Counted from the first letter of the stretch, positions 8,543 through 19,403 are shown. The stretch: DNA of 64,000 bases from an uncultured delta proteobacterium (GCA_963811865.1 CAWESZ010000001.1:66335-130334), one strand, 5' to 3'. The notes: generated by a model not told the origin, from the letters alone. Made by a program: numbers and translations.

Positions 8543-10898
8543 GTGACTGGCTGGCGACCTGGACTCTCATCTACTGCCGCGATCAGCAAACGCTTTCACT
8601 TCAGAGCGATCGCGGCGGCTGCCCTGATCACCGGACTTCTGCAACCGGGGACTGCACTTGCGGCTCAAAGCGCGTTGCGCATTAAGCCCGCAAGTCTGAA
8701 CTTTGGCCGCGAAGTGTTCGCCGTCTCGGGAGCCGCCGGCAACCCCGAGCCCGTCACGATCTCCAACCCCAAAACGAAAGCCGCCCTGCCACTCACAATC
8801 GCGAATTTCTCGATCGGCGGGCCCAATAGCGGCGACTTTAGCGTCGCTGATCCGAACATATTGTAAGGGCATGACTCTGGCGCCAGGCGGGAGTTGCGCC
8901 GTACAGGCGAGCTTTGCACCCACGTCGCTGGGCAAGCGCGTTGGCACGTTCAGCGCGACCGACGCTGCCGGCAACAGTACCAGGCCGGTTACGCTGAACG
9001 GCATGGGCGTCAGGGGCGCCTTGCTGTTCTCGACGCCACAGCTCCTGTTCGGAAGAGTTCAACTCGGTTCGTCGAGCGCTGAGATCGTGAGCCTGATCAA
9101 CGACAACCCGGTGGCACTCGACGTCGCCGGCATCTCCACGGAAGGAACGGGGTTCACAGCCAGCCCGGACTGCAAGGGCGTTTTGGCTGGCGGCGGCGGA
9201 ACCTGCGAAGTTCTGGTCACCTTCAGTCCGATCGATGCTGCGAAAACTGCCAGTGGAACCCACGTGAGCGGGAGCCTCGTAGTTGCCGACGACGCCCAAA
9301 ATAGTCCACAAGCGGTCAAGCTGTCCGCAGTAGCGTTTGGCCCCGCGGTTGTTCCGACTCCGACGCCGACGGCTACTTCGTCTCCGACTCCATCTTCGAC
9401 TCCGACGCCCGTTCCCGCTCCCACCGCCACGTCCAGTCCGGCTCCCACGGCGACGCCGTCTCCAATTCCAACCGCCACTCCGTCTCAGACTCCGACCGCA
9501 ACACCCACGCCGACTCCGACTGCTACTTCAACGCCCACTCCATCCCCAGCTCCATCTTTCACGGCAACGCCCACGCCGAGCCCGACGGCTACCGCGACTG
9601 CAACTTCAACTCCAACTCCGACCCCCACGCCGACTCCGACGCCGACCCCCACCATGACCCCGACTCCGGAAATTTCCCTGAATCCCAGCTCGGCCGTCGT
9701 CGGCGGTCCAGGCTTTGCAATGAGTGTCAGCGGGACAAGTTTCCCGGCCGACGCCATCGTCCAATGGAACAGGAGCGCGCGGTCGACCACCTTCGTTTCC
9801 AGCACGCAACTGCAGGCATCTATCAACGCCACCGACATCGCGACGGTCGGCTCGAACCTGGTCTCAATCTCGAGCGCTTCATCCGGCGGTGCCATCGCTA
9901 CGTCGACCTTCTTTACCGGGAGTACCGGCGGAGATGGATTCGCCGAAATAGTGGTGAACCAGCAGTCCAATGACCTGGTCTCCGATCCGGTCCATCAGGT
10001 GATCTATCTTTCAGTGCCCAGCGACGCAGGAGCCAACGGGAATACTATCTCGGTGCTCGATCCGGCCACCGGCACGGTTACGTCGTCGCAGTTCGCGGGC
10101 AGCGAACCGGACCACATCGCCATCTCCGACGACAGCCAGTTCCTGTATGCGGGCCTCGACGGCTCCGCCTCCGTTCAGCGTTTTATCCTACCCACCCTGA
10201 GCCCGGACATAAGCTATTCGCTCGGCGCAGACTCCTTCTACGGTCCATACTTCGCGCTGGATCTTCAGGTTGCGCCGGGCGCGCCCCATACGACTGCCGT
10301 CACGCTTGGCAATACCGGTGTCAGCCCTATGGCAGAGGGAGGAATAGTTATTTTTGACGACGCTATTGCGCGGCCCACGACGGCCCCAGGATTTAACCGC
10401 GGTCTCTCTCTTTTCGATTCGCTTCAATGGGGATCAGATGCCACGGCACTCTTCGCAGCCAATGATGAAGACACAAACTTCGATTTCTACACGCTGTCGG
10501 TAAATTCGACTGGCGTCACGCTGGACACCGACTACGAAAACCGGTTTTCCGCTTTTCCCAACCACATTCACTTCGATCGCGGCACCGGGCTTATCTACTC
10601 CGACGATGGCCACATCCTCGATCCCTCCAACGGAGCACCGGTCGGCGTCTTCGCGGCCTCCGGTGTGATGGTGCCCGACTCGACTTTGAATAGTGCCTTC
10701 TTCGTATTCGCAGGAGGCACGCCTGGCACGTTCACAGTCGAATCCTTCGACATGACGCACTTCACCCCCATCAACTCGCTCAACCTCTCGAATGCGAGCG
10801 GCTCTCCTACTCGCTTGATTCGTTGGGGAAACAATGGCGTGGCCTTCAACACCAGCGGCGGACAAGTCTACTTAATCGGCGGGAACTTCGTGCATTAG
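8543..10898 (+). CDS. Large secreted protein: two ASH/choice-of-anchor-D Ig domains, Pro/Thr linker, IPT/TIG domain, beta-propeller (one frameshift near 8860)
   Basis: ORFs 8429-8866 and 8703-10898 join at [15 protein letters not shown]; signal peptide; PASLNFG...C..F.P motifs; PTPT tract; C-terminal [11 protein letters not shown] propeller. Start approximate. Confidence 0.75.
9352..9668 (+). repeat. Pro/Thr/Ser low-complexity coding repeat (PTPTPT linker)
   Basis: Repeated ccgacg/ccgact/cccacg hexamers encoding about 100 aa of P/T/S/A. Confidence 0.9.
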
Positions 10899-10983
10899 AG
10901 CCCCGGACCTTCGGCGATTTCGCCCGATAGCCGGCCGTCGCGGGAGTCGCGGCGCTCGCGTCATGTGCTAGAAGTCGGAGCCG

Positions 10984-11692
10984 TGGCGACTCGAGACCCC
11001 ATCTCGCGCCGAGACGGAAGCGCCGATCGTCCGGGATCACGCCGCGCACAGTCGGTGCGATCCTGCGCGTGCTGCGCCGCAAGGCCCCGGATGGAACGCG
11101 CCGATCGTCGGGCTGATCGCGCAAGAACGCCGCGATCCGTTCCTGACCCTCATCGGATGCATCCTGAGCCTGCGCACCAAGGACCAGACGACCGAGGCGG
11201 CCTGCGCGCGGCTGTTCGCGCGCGCCGCCACGCCCGCGACGATCCTGCGCCTGAACCGGCGCACGCTCGAACGGCTGATCTATCCGGTCGGCTTCTACCG
11301 CACCAAAGCTAAAGTGATACTTGCGATTTGCCGCGACCTCATCGGGCGCTTCGGCGGCGCCGTCCCCGCCACGATCGACGAGCTTCCTGACGCTCGGCGG
11401 AGTCGGCCGCAAGACCGCAAACCTGGTCGTCACCGAGGCCTTCGGCCGGCCCGGCATCTGCGTCGACACCCACGTCCATCGCATTTCCAACCGCTGGGGT
11501 CTGGTCAAATCGAAAACGCCCGACCGCACCGAACTCGCCCTGCGCGAATCCCTGCCGCGCCGCCACTGGCTCGAATACAACGGCCTGCTGGTAGCCTTCG
11601 GCCAGACCATCTGCCATCCAACCTCACCTTGGTGCTCGCGATGCCCAATCGAACCGGCCTGCCCAAAGCTCGGAGTGGTACGCTCACGATGA
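10984..11692 (+). CDS. nth: Endonuclease III (two apparent frameshifts, near 11090 and 11385)
   Basis: [29 protein letters not shown], Hh[23 protein letters not shown]-terminal CX6CX2CX5C Fe-S motif. Start approximate. Confidence 0.88.
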
Positions 11693-11966
11693 CCCAATCG
11701 CCGCGGCAGCGGACGGTGTTGACAGCACGGGCCGGCACGGAGGCCGGATAATCCGCTCGCTCCGGTGGTGGGCGGTTTTGAGAATCGGATGGCTGGCAGG
11801 GACGCCAGCCACTACCCTGAGCAGAGACTCCTACATTGGGGTAGTGGCCGGCCTCCGTGCCGGCCATCTCACTCCAAATCCCTACCACTCGCGCCGCAGA
11901 CCACTGGTCTCCGAGCCCGTTCACACGTAGGCTGCCCGCAGCGCCGCGACATTGCGCGCGACCACA

Positions 11967-12808
11967 ATGACCACCGCAGTCTCGATCATCCTGCTCGGAT
12001 TCTTTCTCGGCGTGCGCCACGCCAGCGACGCCGACCACGTGATCGCGGTCAGCACGATCGTAACGCGTCGGAGCAGCGCCGGTCTGGCAGATCCTGATCG
12101 GAGCGCTATGGGGCGTCGGCCACACGCTCACAGATCGCCGCAGTCGGCGCCGCGATCATCTTGTTCAACGTCGTGATTTCGCCGCGCGTGGGCCTCTCGA
12201 TGGAACTGGCGGTCGGCGTGATGCTGGTCGCGCTCGGCCTGTCGAACCTAAGCGGCCTCACGCAACGAGTGACGTCTGCCCTGACGCCAGCGGCGTCCGG
12301 TGCGCAGCCGCCCGCGTCGCCCGGCGCGCAGCCGCCGCCAGTCCATATGCATCCGCACGCCCACGGCGACTACGTCCACACGCATCCGCACGGCCACGGT
12401 CCCGAGCTTCACGGCCATCGCGAAGACGACACGCCGGCCGCGCGTCTGGACCGGATATTCGGCGGGCTGGGCGCGTACCAGGCTCTGCGGCCGCTGGCCG
12501 TCGGTCTGGTTCACGGTCTCGCCGGCTCGGCCGCGATCGCCCTGATGGTGCTCGCGACGATCCGCGACCCACTCCTCGCGCTAGGCTATCTGCTGGTCTT
12601 CGGAATCGGCACGATCGTCGGCATGATGCTAATCACGCTCGCAATCGCGCTCCCACTAACAGCCGCCAGCCGCCGCGTCACCCAAATCAGTCACTACCTG
12701 CCGCTCGCCTCCGGCGCACTAAGCCTCACGTTCGGCCTGTTCGTAGTCTACCGAATCGGAATCGTCGACGGCCTGTTCACTTCGCGCCCCCACTGGATTC
12801 CGCGATAG
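11967..12808 (+). CDS. High-affinity nickel/cobalt transporter (NiCoT/HoxN-UreH-like), frameshifted near 12080-12150
   Basis: GVRHASDADHVIAV signature, WGVGHT, His-rich loop HMHPHAHGDYVHTHPH, GLVHGLAGSAA. Confidence 0.85.
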
Positions 12809-12817
12809 CGCCCATTA

Positions 12818-13430
12818 TCAGGGAACGACACCAACGAGGACGAGCGGCACGGCTGGCACCCCGCGACCCTGGCGAAGTACGTTGTAAAGCTCACGTTCGT
12901 AGTAGCCAATGCCGGACGACATTTTCCCCTGAAGAATCCTTCATCGGCAGAATCTCCACGCCTACATCGATCACGTCCCCCACGAAGAAGGCCATATGCT
13001 TGACGAACAGATCATACGCAACGAATGAGTACTTGCCGAACTGGACTTCAACAGCGATCCGCTTCTTCACGAAATCGGTCTGGTTGAATGAATAAATCGG
13101 TTTGCTTCCGGTTGCTGCGATCTCTGCCTTCTGCTCGTCGGGCGGGAGATGCATTGTTTTTCGGATCAACTTCGCATTCTCAGTAACCCAGTAGGCCGTA
13201 ACCTGCTCGTTCCATCCGCGCTTCTTGAACCCGTCCTTCATCTCCTCGTTCATCGCAATCGGCGAATAGAGCATCTTACCCGCCTTCCGTTTCTCCTTCG
13301 AAGCCTTCGTGCGGCAACGCTCCGCATCGACCAATCCAACGACCGTCTCGATCTCGCCCCAGAGAGCCCGATGATGTACCAGCAAGAATTCGTGACCGTT
13401 CAGGTGGGAATACAGCGCAGCAATCTTCAT
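12818..13430 (-). CDS. BglII/BstYI family type II restriction endonuclease (frameshift near 12935)
   Basis: YSHLNGHEFL, QTDFVKKRIAVEVQFGKY (PD-ExQ type); C-terminus MSSGIGYYERELYNVLRQGRGVPAVPLVLVGVVP continues in another frame to TGA at 12818. Confidence 0.85.
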
Positions 13431-14326
13431 CGATGCCCGCCATAGGGCTTGGCCGGGTCATAGACCGGCTTGCCCATTGGCCGAGTGCGTAACAATCCCG
13501 CGCGAAGCTGGTGGACTCTTTCCCAAGCGAGATCGATGTAATCTTGCACGTTGTCGCAACCATGGCCGACACGGCCATGCTTGATCGCAGCGATCACGCT
13601 GGAGCCAACGCCGACATAAGGATCGAAAACGCTGTCGCCGGGATTGGTCAGCGCGAGCACCAGCCGCTCGACCAATTCAATCGGAAACTGACAGGGATGC
13701 GGCGTTTTCTCGATATGATTGTTCTTGACGTTGGGGATGACCCACACATCGCCGGGGTTCTTCCCCTTGGGATTGCACGACAGCTCACCCCGCTTTGGCC
13801 CTTTGAAGTAGCGTTTACCTGGATACTTCGAGGGGACCCGAATCGGGTCGAGGTTGAATGAGTAGTCGTCGGTTTTTGTAAACCACATGATTGTTTCGTA
13901 ACGGCCGGACAGGCGCTTCGAGCAATGCAACCCATGCTCGAAATGCCACACGATGCGGTTACGCAGCTTGAGGCCGTGGTCTTTGAAGACCCGATAAAGC
14001 GGAATATCAAGTGGGACGATCTCGCCGTTGTGAACGTGGTTCCCCACTTGCCAGCAGACCGACCCCTCGGGGTGGAGCAGGCGAACGCACTCCGCAATCA
14101 CGCGGGCCTGTTGCTGGATATAATTTTCCAGTGGCGAGCGCCGCTCGTAGGCTTTGCCGATATTGTACGGCGGCGACGTGACGATCAGCTTCATGCTCGC
14201 GTCGGGAAGCGAGCGCATGAACGCCAGATTGTCCTGACAGACCAGAACAGATGCCTTGTCCGTCTGAAGACGCGCGACGTTGAGCGGAAGGGTTAGCTCG
14301 ACTGCCTGTGCTCGATCACGCGTCAC
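13427..14326 (-). CDS. Site-specific DNA methyltransferase (N4-C/N6-A, beta class), partner of the BglII-like REase
   Basis: Catalytic TSPPYN precedes the SAM-binding VFDPYVGVGS; HPCQFP motif; overlaps the REase start. Confidence 0.92.
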   Translation of the reverse strand: MTRDRAQAVELTLPLNVARLQTDKASVLVCQDNLAFMRSLPDASMKLIVTSPPYNIGKAYERRSPLENYIQQQARVIAECVRLLHPEGSVCWQVGNHVHNGEIVPLDIPLYRVFKDHGLKLRNRIVWHFEHGLHCSKRLSGRYETIMWFTKTDDYSFNLDPIRVPSKYPGKRYFKGPKRGELSCNPKGKNPGDVWVIPNVKNNHIEKTPHPCQFPIELVERLVLALTNPGDSVFDPYVGVGSSVIAAIKHGRVGHGCDNVQDYIDLAWERVHQLRAGLLRTRPMGKPVYDPAKPYGGHR

Positions 14327-14880
14327 CTCGCCACCTCACATGGAGAATTCTTAGCAAAAAGCCCGGCCGGCCGCTATCGGGGAATGCGACCGACCCTCAA
14401 CAGCGCTGATTCAAACGTCAGCCCCTCCATCGCGTCAATGACTTGCCGCCCCGGCACGTCTCGTCGATAGCGCGCCGCCGTAGGCCAACATTGGTCCGGC
14501 TGGGCAGCTAATTGGCATCGGGGTCGCGCTTGCGCAGACCAGCAATCAGGACATGCAGTCAGTGGTCGGTTCGGTAAAGACCTTCAATCAGTCCGCGGGC
14601 AAGCAGCTCACGAGCGTGATTTCGCACACTCAGGGCGCAACGCTGCCGGGCTCTTACGCCGCTCATTATACTCTTTTGCATCTACGAATCCCTGGCCCTC
14701 GGGTTGCCGCTGCACAACCTTCAAACGATGCTCGCCAGCAACGAGATGGCTATAGCAGCCGCACATGAGCTGGCGGACTACTGAAACACACGCATACTGA
14801 AAATTGTCGTGCTTAGACCGCGGATGATTGCCCAGCGCATTTTGAGGGGAGACTCGCCTAGTCTTGAAGCGGCGCGCAGT

Positions 14881-15063
14881 CGTGTCGATCAGCCGCTGCG
14901 GGCGCGGGTCGACCCAGAGAGAGTTCTGCCTCTGATTCATTATGCAGCCGAAGCCGGTCCGCGCGCCGGGATCGGCGTAGCCGAGCGAGCCGCGCGAATG
15001 GCCGAACGTGCGCGGATTAGGTCCGAGCGCGGGCCGGCGGGTGCGACAGCCCGAAGCCCAATG
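14881..15063 (-). pseudogene. Degenerate copy of the 3' end of the serine hydrolase gene (partner 18264-18451)
   Basis: Translates ALGPNPRTFGHS..GSLGYADPGARTGFGCIMNQRQNSLWVDPRPQRLID versus ALGPNPRSFGHSGAGGSLGYADPDARIGFGYVMNQRQNSFWVDPRAQRLID. Confidence 0.85.
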
Positions 15064-15073
15064 GAACGCCACT

Positions 15074-15109
15074 CCCCTCTCCAGAAGGGAGAGGGGCTAG
15101 GGGGTGAGG
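15074..15109. repeat. REP-like palindromic element (CCCCTCTCC-N5-GGAGAGGGG...GGGGTGAGG)
   Basis: Hairpin plus GGTGAGG tail; same design as 16078-16114 and 22127-22186. Confidence 0.7.
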
Positions 15110-15131
15110 TTCTCACCTCCAACTCAGGACG

Positions 15132-15335
15132 CTAGCTTTCCACTCTCCGGGGAACAGCCCCGGCAGCCAGCGCGAGGCCAACCTGGCCGGGAACGCCAGC
15201 CGCGGCGGCGCGCGCGCGCCTTCTGATCCGAGAACGCTTTTCGCGATGAGTGCGGCGACGATGCGCCGCGCATGGCGGTCGGTTGTCCCCAACACGGTGC
15301 CTACTTCGCCACGCGGCAGCTCGCCTCGATCCGCG
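15132..15335 (-). pseudogene. C-terminal fragment of a Fic-family protein (winged-helix tail)
   Basis: RGELPRGEVGTVLGTTDRHARRIVAALIAKSVLGSEGARAPPRLAFPARLASRWLPGLFP resembles Fic C-termini; no Fic catalytic motif or N-terminus. Confidence 0.55.
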
Positions 15336-15368
15336 CGTCGGGATCGCCGTAGCCCAACGGTCCGCCGC

Positions 15369-15397
15369 TTGCACATTTTAAGGTACAGTAGTACCAT
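15369..15397 (+). promoter_or_regulatory. Sigma70-like promoter TTGCAC-N17-TACCAT with operator GGTAC-N4-GTACC
   Basis: Palindrome at 15382-15395 overlaps the -10; toxin ATG at 15410. Confidence 0.6.
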
Positions 15398-15409
15398 ATA
15401 AGGCACACG

Positions 15410-15766
15410 ATGACAGAAAGACCGGCAGCCGCGCAAAGTCCCGTTGATTTTTTACCGCCCGCGGTCGGGACACCAGCCTGTGCGGGAGTGGCTGAAGGAA
15501 CTGCCGGAAGCGGAGCGTCAGGCTATCGGGAAAGATCTGTTGCGGGCGCAATGGCGATGGCCGGTGGGCATGCCGCTGTGCCGCCCGTTGAAAAACGGGC
15601 TGTGGGAGGTCCGTACAGACCTGCCAACGAAACGGACGGCGCGCGTGCTGCTCTGCCTCTACCGCGAGCACTTGGTCGCGCTGCACGCGTTTATCAAGAA
15701 AACCGCACGACGCCGGATGATGACTTGGCATTGGCGAGAAAACGCCAGAAGGAGCTAGAGCGATGA
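15410..15766 (+). CDS. RelE/ParE (Gp49-like) toxin, two apparent frameshifts
   Basis: FYR..SG.QPVREWLKEL, WPVGMPLCRPLKNGLWEVR, LHAFIKKT..TPDDDLALARKR across frames. Confidence 0.82.
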   Translation: MTERPAAAQSPVDFLPPAVGTPACAGVAEGTAGSGASGYRERSVAGAMAMAGGHAAVPPVEKRAVGGPYRPANETDGARAALPLPRALGRAARVYQENRTTPDDDLALARKRQKELER

Positions 15767-16043
15767 GCAAGAAGCATATGGGTTCCAGCATCGATGATTT
15801 CCTCAAGGAGGAGGGAATCTTTGAAGAGGCGCAAGCACAGGCGGTCAAGGAGGTGGTCGCGTGGCAGCTCGCCGAGGCCATGAAGAAGCAGAAAATCTCC
15901 AAAAACAAGATGGCCGCGCTGCTCAAGACCAGCCGCACCCAGGTTGACCGCCTGCTTGATCCGAAAAGACGACATCACGCTCTCAAGCCTGCAGCGGGCG
16001 GCGGCGATGGTCGGCCGCCGGGTGATCGATCGAGCTGGTCTAG
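15763..16043 (+). CDS. XRE-type HTH antitoxin, apparent frameshifts near the 3' end
   Basis: HMGSSIDDFLKEEG, MAALLKTSRTQVDRLLDP, ITLSSLQRAAAMVGR..IELV. Confidence 0.82.
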
Positions 16044-16077
16044 GGCCGGGGAAGGCGCCAGGCTCTCCGATTCCGCA

Positions 16078-16114
16078 CCCCTTCCCGTACTTAGGGAAGG
16101 GGCCGGGGGTTAGG
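16078..16114. repeat. REP-like palindromic element (CCCCTTCCC-N7-GGGAAGGGG-CCGGGGGTTAGG)
   Basis: Perfect 9-bp stem; same family as 15074-15109; lies between convergent genes. Confidence 0.7.
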
Positions 16115-16122
16115 TCCTCTCC

Positions 16123-17061
16123 CTATCCCTTGCTGCGCTGGTCGTAAGAGATGGAATAAGCCGCCGATCGGGCCAGTAGAATCGGATCGCCCGAGAGTTC
16201 GATGCCGTCCGTCAGGTTGGTGGGGTCGAACACGAGGCGGCGCTCGTCGGCCGCGCCCGTTGGAGAGATGCCGGTCACCTCGAGCCGCCCCAGCTCGACC
16301 AGGGGCCGGTCCGCCGGCCAAAGGGCGGTGGCGTCGTCCGTGGGATCGCCCTCCGCAGCCAATTGCAACAAGAGGCGGAACCCAACCGCGCCATTCCGTA
16401 GGCGGCTCTCCAGCTCCTCGCGCAGGAAGTTCGCGTTGCGCTTCCCCGCATCGTCCGGGGAGAGATAGGCTTCTCCCGCTTCGGGCATCCAGCGATAGCG
16501 GCCGAACCGGCTGGTGCCATCCGCAGCCGTAAACCGGAAGGCGTGTTCCCCATGATAGCTGGCCTGACCGTAGCTGGCCGGCACCGGCTTCTTCATCAGG
16601 CGCTCGATGAACGCGCCGGTGGCAGGATGACTGCCCAGAAAGCGGGGGACCGCATCGGGCGCCGGCTGGCCGCTGACCGGGTCCGGGAGCTGTGCCCGCA
16701 GGAACGCCAGAAAATCCTCAGGCGTCCGCACGAGAAACCCTTCGATCGAGAGCGCCAGGATGTCGGCGCTCTTGCCACCGGGTAACTGAAATTTCACCGC
16801 CACCGCTCGCGCGTTGGGGACGCCATCGTGAACGTCCGGATCCCCGCTCGAATTGGAGAAGCGCACGACGGTTGGGATCGCCTGGCCTTGCAGGTGCAGC
16901 GCCCGGCTCACGCGGCGAGCATCTGGTGCACCGCGAAACGTGCCCGAGCAGACGAGGCCCTTGGCGTGGACGGGACGGAACCCCGGATGCGAGCCGGCAA
17001 GCGCCCGCATGGTCTCGACGATTTGAGCGATAACGGTTGCCGATGCGGCAGATTCTGACAT
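16123..17061 (-). CDS. srpA: Catalase-related peroxidase (SrpA-like small catalase)
   Basis: GFRPVHAKGLVCSGTF, VRFSNSSG, DATALWP, FDPTNLTDGIELSGDPILLARSAAYSISY. Confidence 0.88.
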   Translation of the reverse strand: MSESAASATVIAQIVETMRALAGSHPGFRPVHAKGLVCSGTFRGAPDARRVSRALHLQGQAIPTVVRFSNSSGDPDVHDGVPNARAVAVKFQLPGGKSADILALSIEGFLVRTPEDFLAFLRAQLPDPVSGQPAPDAVPRFLGSHPATGAFIERLMKKPVPASYGQASYHGEHAFRFTAADGTSRFGRYRWMPEAGEAYLSPDDAGKRNANFLREELESRLRNGAVGFRLLLQLAAEGDPTDDATALWPADRPLVELGRLEVTGISPTGAADERRLVFDPTNLTDGIELSGDPILLARSAAYSISYDQRSKG

Positions 17062-17362
17062 TGTGGGTCTCCTTCCTGGTTGGAGAACTTGACCTTGAGC
17101 CAGACCTCGACTCGAGATGCGCGACGTGGTTCGGGGGCATTCTATCGCGAACGATAGTGCAGTCTATATTCGATGTTAACGCCCAAATCTGGCGCCATGA
17201 ATGTCCGCTTCCATGACCGCCAACACGTAAGGTGTACCTGCCGCGAATCACTACATTTGTAAAATGTTCCTTCCGGGTTCTCGGCCGCATCTCATGTTTA
17301 TTGGCTAATTTCCGGCACGCGCATTGCTGTTATTCCCGCTGAGGGCCTTAGAGGACCTTAAT

Positions 17363-17968
17363 ATGAAGAACGAAAACAATGATTCTAAAGGTCGTTTCCT
17401 CTCTCCGAGAACCCTCATACTGGGCGGAGCGGCAATCCTTCTATTGCCGCTCGTCCTCGCGGCGTGCAGTAGCCGGGCACGCACGACACCATCCGCGCAG
17501 GTAGCGAGCGCGGGTTCACTGCCTCAGGACAGAACCGGGGACAAAATCCTGTTACACGGCTTGCAGTTCAATCCGGATGGTTCGGAAATCCGAAAAGCTT
17601 CAGATCCGGTGCTTGACTCGGTGGCTGACATCCTGAAACGCGAGCCGCACACCATGGTCTACGTCGATTCGTACTGTAACCCAACGGGTGGCAAACAGTT
17701 GAACAATCGCCTGTCGGACGATCGCGCGGTCGCCGTGGTGACCTATCTCGAACATAAAGGAATCGCCTCCGATCGCCTCATCCCGCGTGGATTCGGCGCC
17801 ACGGATTTCGTCGCGAGCAATGCTACCGCAGACGGGCGTGAGCAGAATCGCCGCGTCGAGCTAAGGCTGGTACCGATCAGTCCGGAGGCCAGCGCATCGA
17901 AGGCGAACGATTCGCTGTCGCATCGAGTCTTCTCCCGCCTGTTCGGAAGCTCGTCTCAGGGTTCGTGA
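17363..17968 (+). CDS. OmpA/Pal-like peptidoglycan-binding lipoprotein
   Basis: Lipobox LAAC; NNRLSDDRAVAVVTYL, GFGATDFVASN, NRRVEL. Confidence 0.88.
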   Translation: MKNENNDSKGRFLSPRTLILGGAAILLLPLVLAACSSRARTTPSAQVASAGSLPQDRTGDKILLHGLQFNPDGSEIRKASDPVLDSVADILKREPHTMVYVDSYCNPTGGKQLNNRLSDDRAVAVVTYLEHKGIASDRLIPRGFGATDFVASNATADGREQNRRVELRLVPISPEASASKANDSLSHRVFSRLFGSSSQGS

Positions 17969-18043
17969 GCAGTTGACGGCATCGAAGGTGGCGCTGCTTG
18001 TCGGCGCGAAGTGATCTCCGGACGAATGCGCGTCAGGACCGGT

Positions 18044-18235
18044 TCAGTTCGCTGGAGTCTGACCGATCACTTGCCCATTGGCATCGTGGCACTGCGCGGT
18101 GACGTTTTGCCAGAACAGAGCAGTAAAAACCGTACGCTCGCAAGTGCTGCCGTCCGGCATCGTCGTGCTCGCAGTATGTGCGCATCCGAAGAGGGCGAGC
18201 AGCGCGAGGGTGAGCAGGAGCGGAACGTAACGCAT
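18044..18235 (-). CDS. Small putative lipoprotein (63 aa)
   Basis: Hydrophobic signal with LFGC lipobox; starts 4 nt after the hydrolase stop. Confidence 0.55.
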   Translation of the reverse strand: MRYVPLLLTLALLALFGCAHTASTTMPDGSTCERTVFTALFWQNVTAQCHDANGQVIGQTPAN

Positions 18236-18239
18236 CGCC

Positions 18240-19403
18240 TTACTCCTGGAGCGACGCGTAGACCGCGTCGATCAGCCGCTGCGCGCGCGGGTCGACCCAG
18301 AACGAGTTCTGCCGCTGGTTCATTACGTAGCCGAAACCGATCCGCGCGTCGGGATCGGCATAGCCGAGCGAGCCGCCGGCGCCCGAATGACCGAACGATC
18401 GCGGATTTGGTCCCAGCGCGGCCGGCGGCTGCGAAAGCCCGAAGCCCAATGACCAGCGCGTAGGGATCATCAGCACCGCGTCCGGCCCGTTGGCCTGCTC
18501 CATGTAGCAGCGCTCGATCGCGGGCGGGCTCAGCACGCGGATTCCGTCGACTTCTCCGCCGCGCGACAGGGCGCCATACAGACGCGCCAGCGCGCGCGCC
18601 GTGCTATGGCCGTTCGCGGCCGGAATCTCTGCGCCGCGCCATCGCCGGGAGTTGGCCGTCTCGGGCCGCATGATTGTGGCCGGGTTTGCAATTGCCCGCG
18701 CGGTTATCGACTCGGGATTCTTCACGATCTCCGCAAAGAGATCGGGCTGCCCCGGCGAGGGCGGCGGCTCGCCGATGATCGACGCGACCCACGCGTCATG
18801 CTTCGCGTCGAGTCCGATATGACAATCGAGACCGAGCGGCGCGGCCAGTTCCTCGCGAAAGAAAGTCCCGAGACTCTTGCCGCTAACGCGTCGCACGACC
18901 TCGCCCACCAGCCATCCGAAGGTGAACGCGTGATAGCCGTGGCGCGTGCCCGGCTCCCACCACGGCCGCTCCGCCGCGAGCGCGGCAGTCATCGTCGGCC
19001 AGTCGTAGATCGCATCCGGCTCCAGCGTGGCACGGATCGCCGGCAACCCAGCGCGATGGCTCAACAGAAATTGCACCGGCAGGTTCTGCTTGCCGGCCTC
19101 CGCGAACTCGGGCCAGTATTTCGCCACCGGCGCGTCGAACTCGAGTTTGCCCTGATCGGCCAGCCGATGGGCGCACATTGCAGTGAGCCCCTTGCTCGTC
19201 GAGTAGACGTTGACGATCGTGTCGCGCGCCCACGCCCGGCTGCGGCTTAAGTCGGTATATCCGCCCCACAGGTCCACCACCGGCCGCCCGTCGAGCGTCA
19301 CCGCAACCGCCGCGCCCACCTCGCCGTGCGCCTCGAAGTTCGCGGCGAACGCCGCCTTCACCCGCGCGAAGCGGCGCTCACATTCCCCGTCGATCAAGCT
19401 CAT
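18240..19403 (-). CDS. Serine hydrolase / beta-lactamase family (EstA-like)
   Basis: SxxK (YSTSKG), LLSHRAGL, WEPGTRHGYH, FGHSGAGGS. Confidence 0.93.
   Translation of the reverse strand: MSLIDGECERRFARVKAAFAANFEAHGEVGAAVAVTLDGRPVVDLWGGYTDLSRSRAWARDTIVNVYSTSKGLTAMCAHRLADQGKLEFDAPVAKYWPEFAEAGKQNLPVQFLLSHRAGLPAIRATLEPDAIYDWPTMTAALAAERPWWEPGTRHGYHAFTFGWLVGEVVRRVSGKSLGTFFREELAAPLGLDCHIGLDAKHDAWVASIIGEPPPSPGQPDLFAEIVKNPESITARAIANPATIMRPETANSRRWRGAEIPAANGHSTARALARLYGALSRGGEVDGIRVLSPPAIERCYMEQANGPDAVLMIPTRWSLGFGLSQPPAALGPNPRSFGHSGAGGSLGYADPDARIGFGYVMNQRQNSFWVDPRAQRLIDAVYASLQE

Noticed and set aside
9352-9668. Possible CRISPR or non-coding tandem array
   Set aside because: In-frame Pro/Thr linker with no repeat-spacer structure; no cas genes in the window.
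11700-11960. Metal or cobalamin riboswitch upstream of the NiCoT gene
   Set aside because: No recognisable conserved riboswitch core by eye; would need an Rfam/Infernal scan.
14340-14870. Small ORFs between the methyltransferase and the hydrolase remnant
   Set aside because: No convincing motifs or codon bias; possibly eroded sequence.
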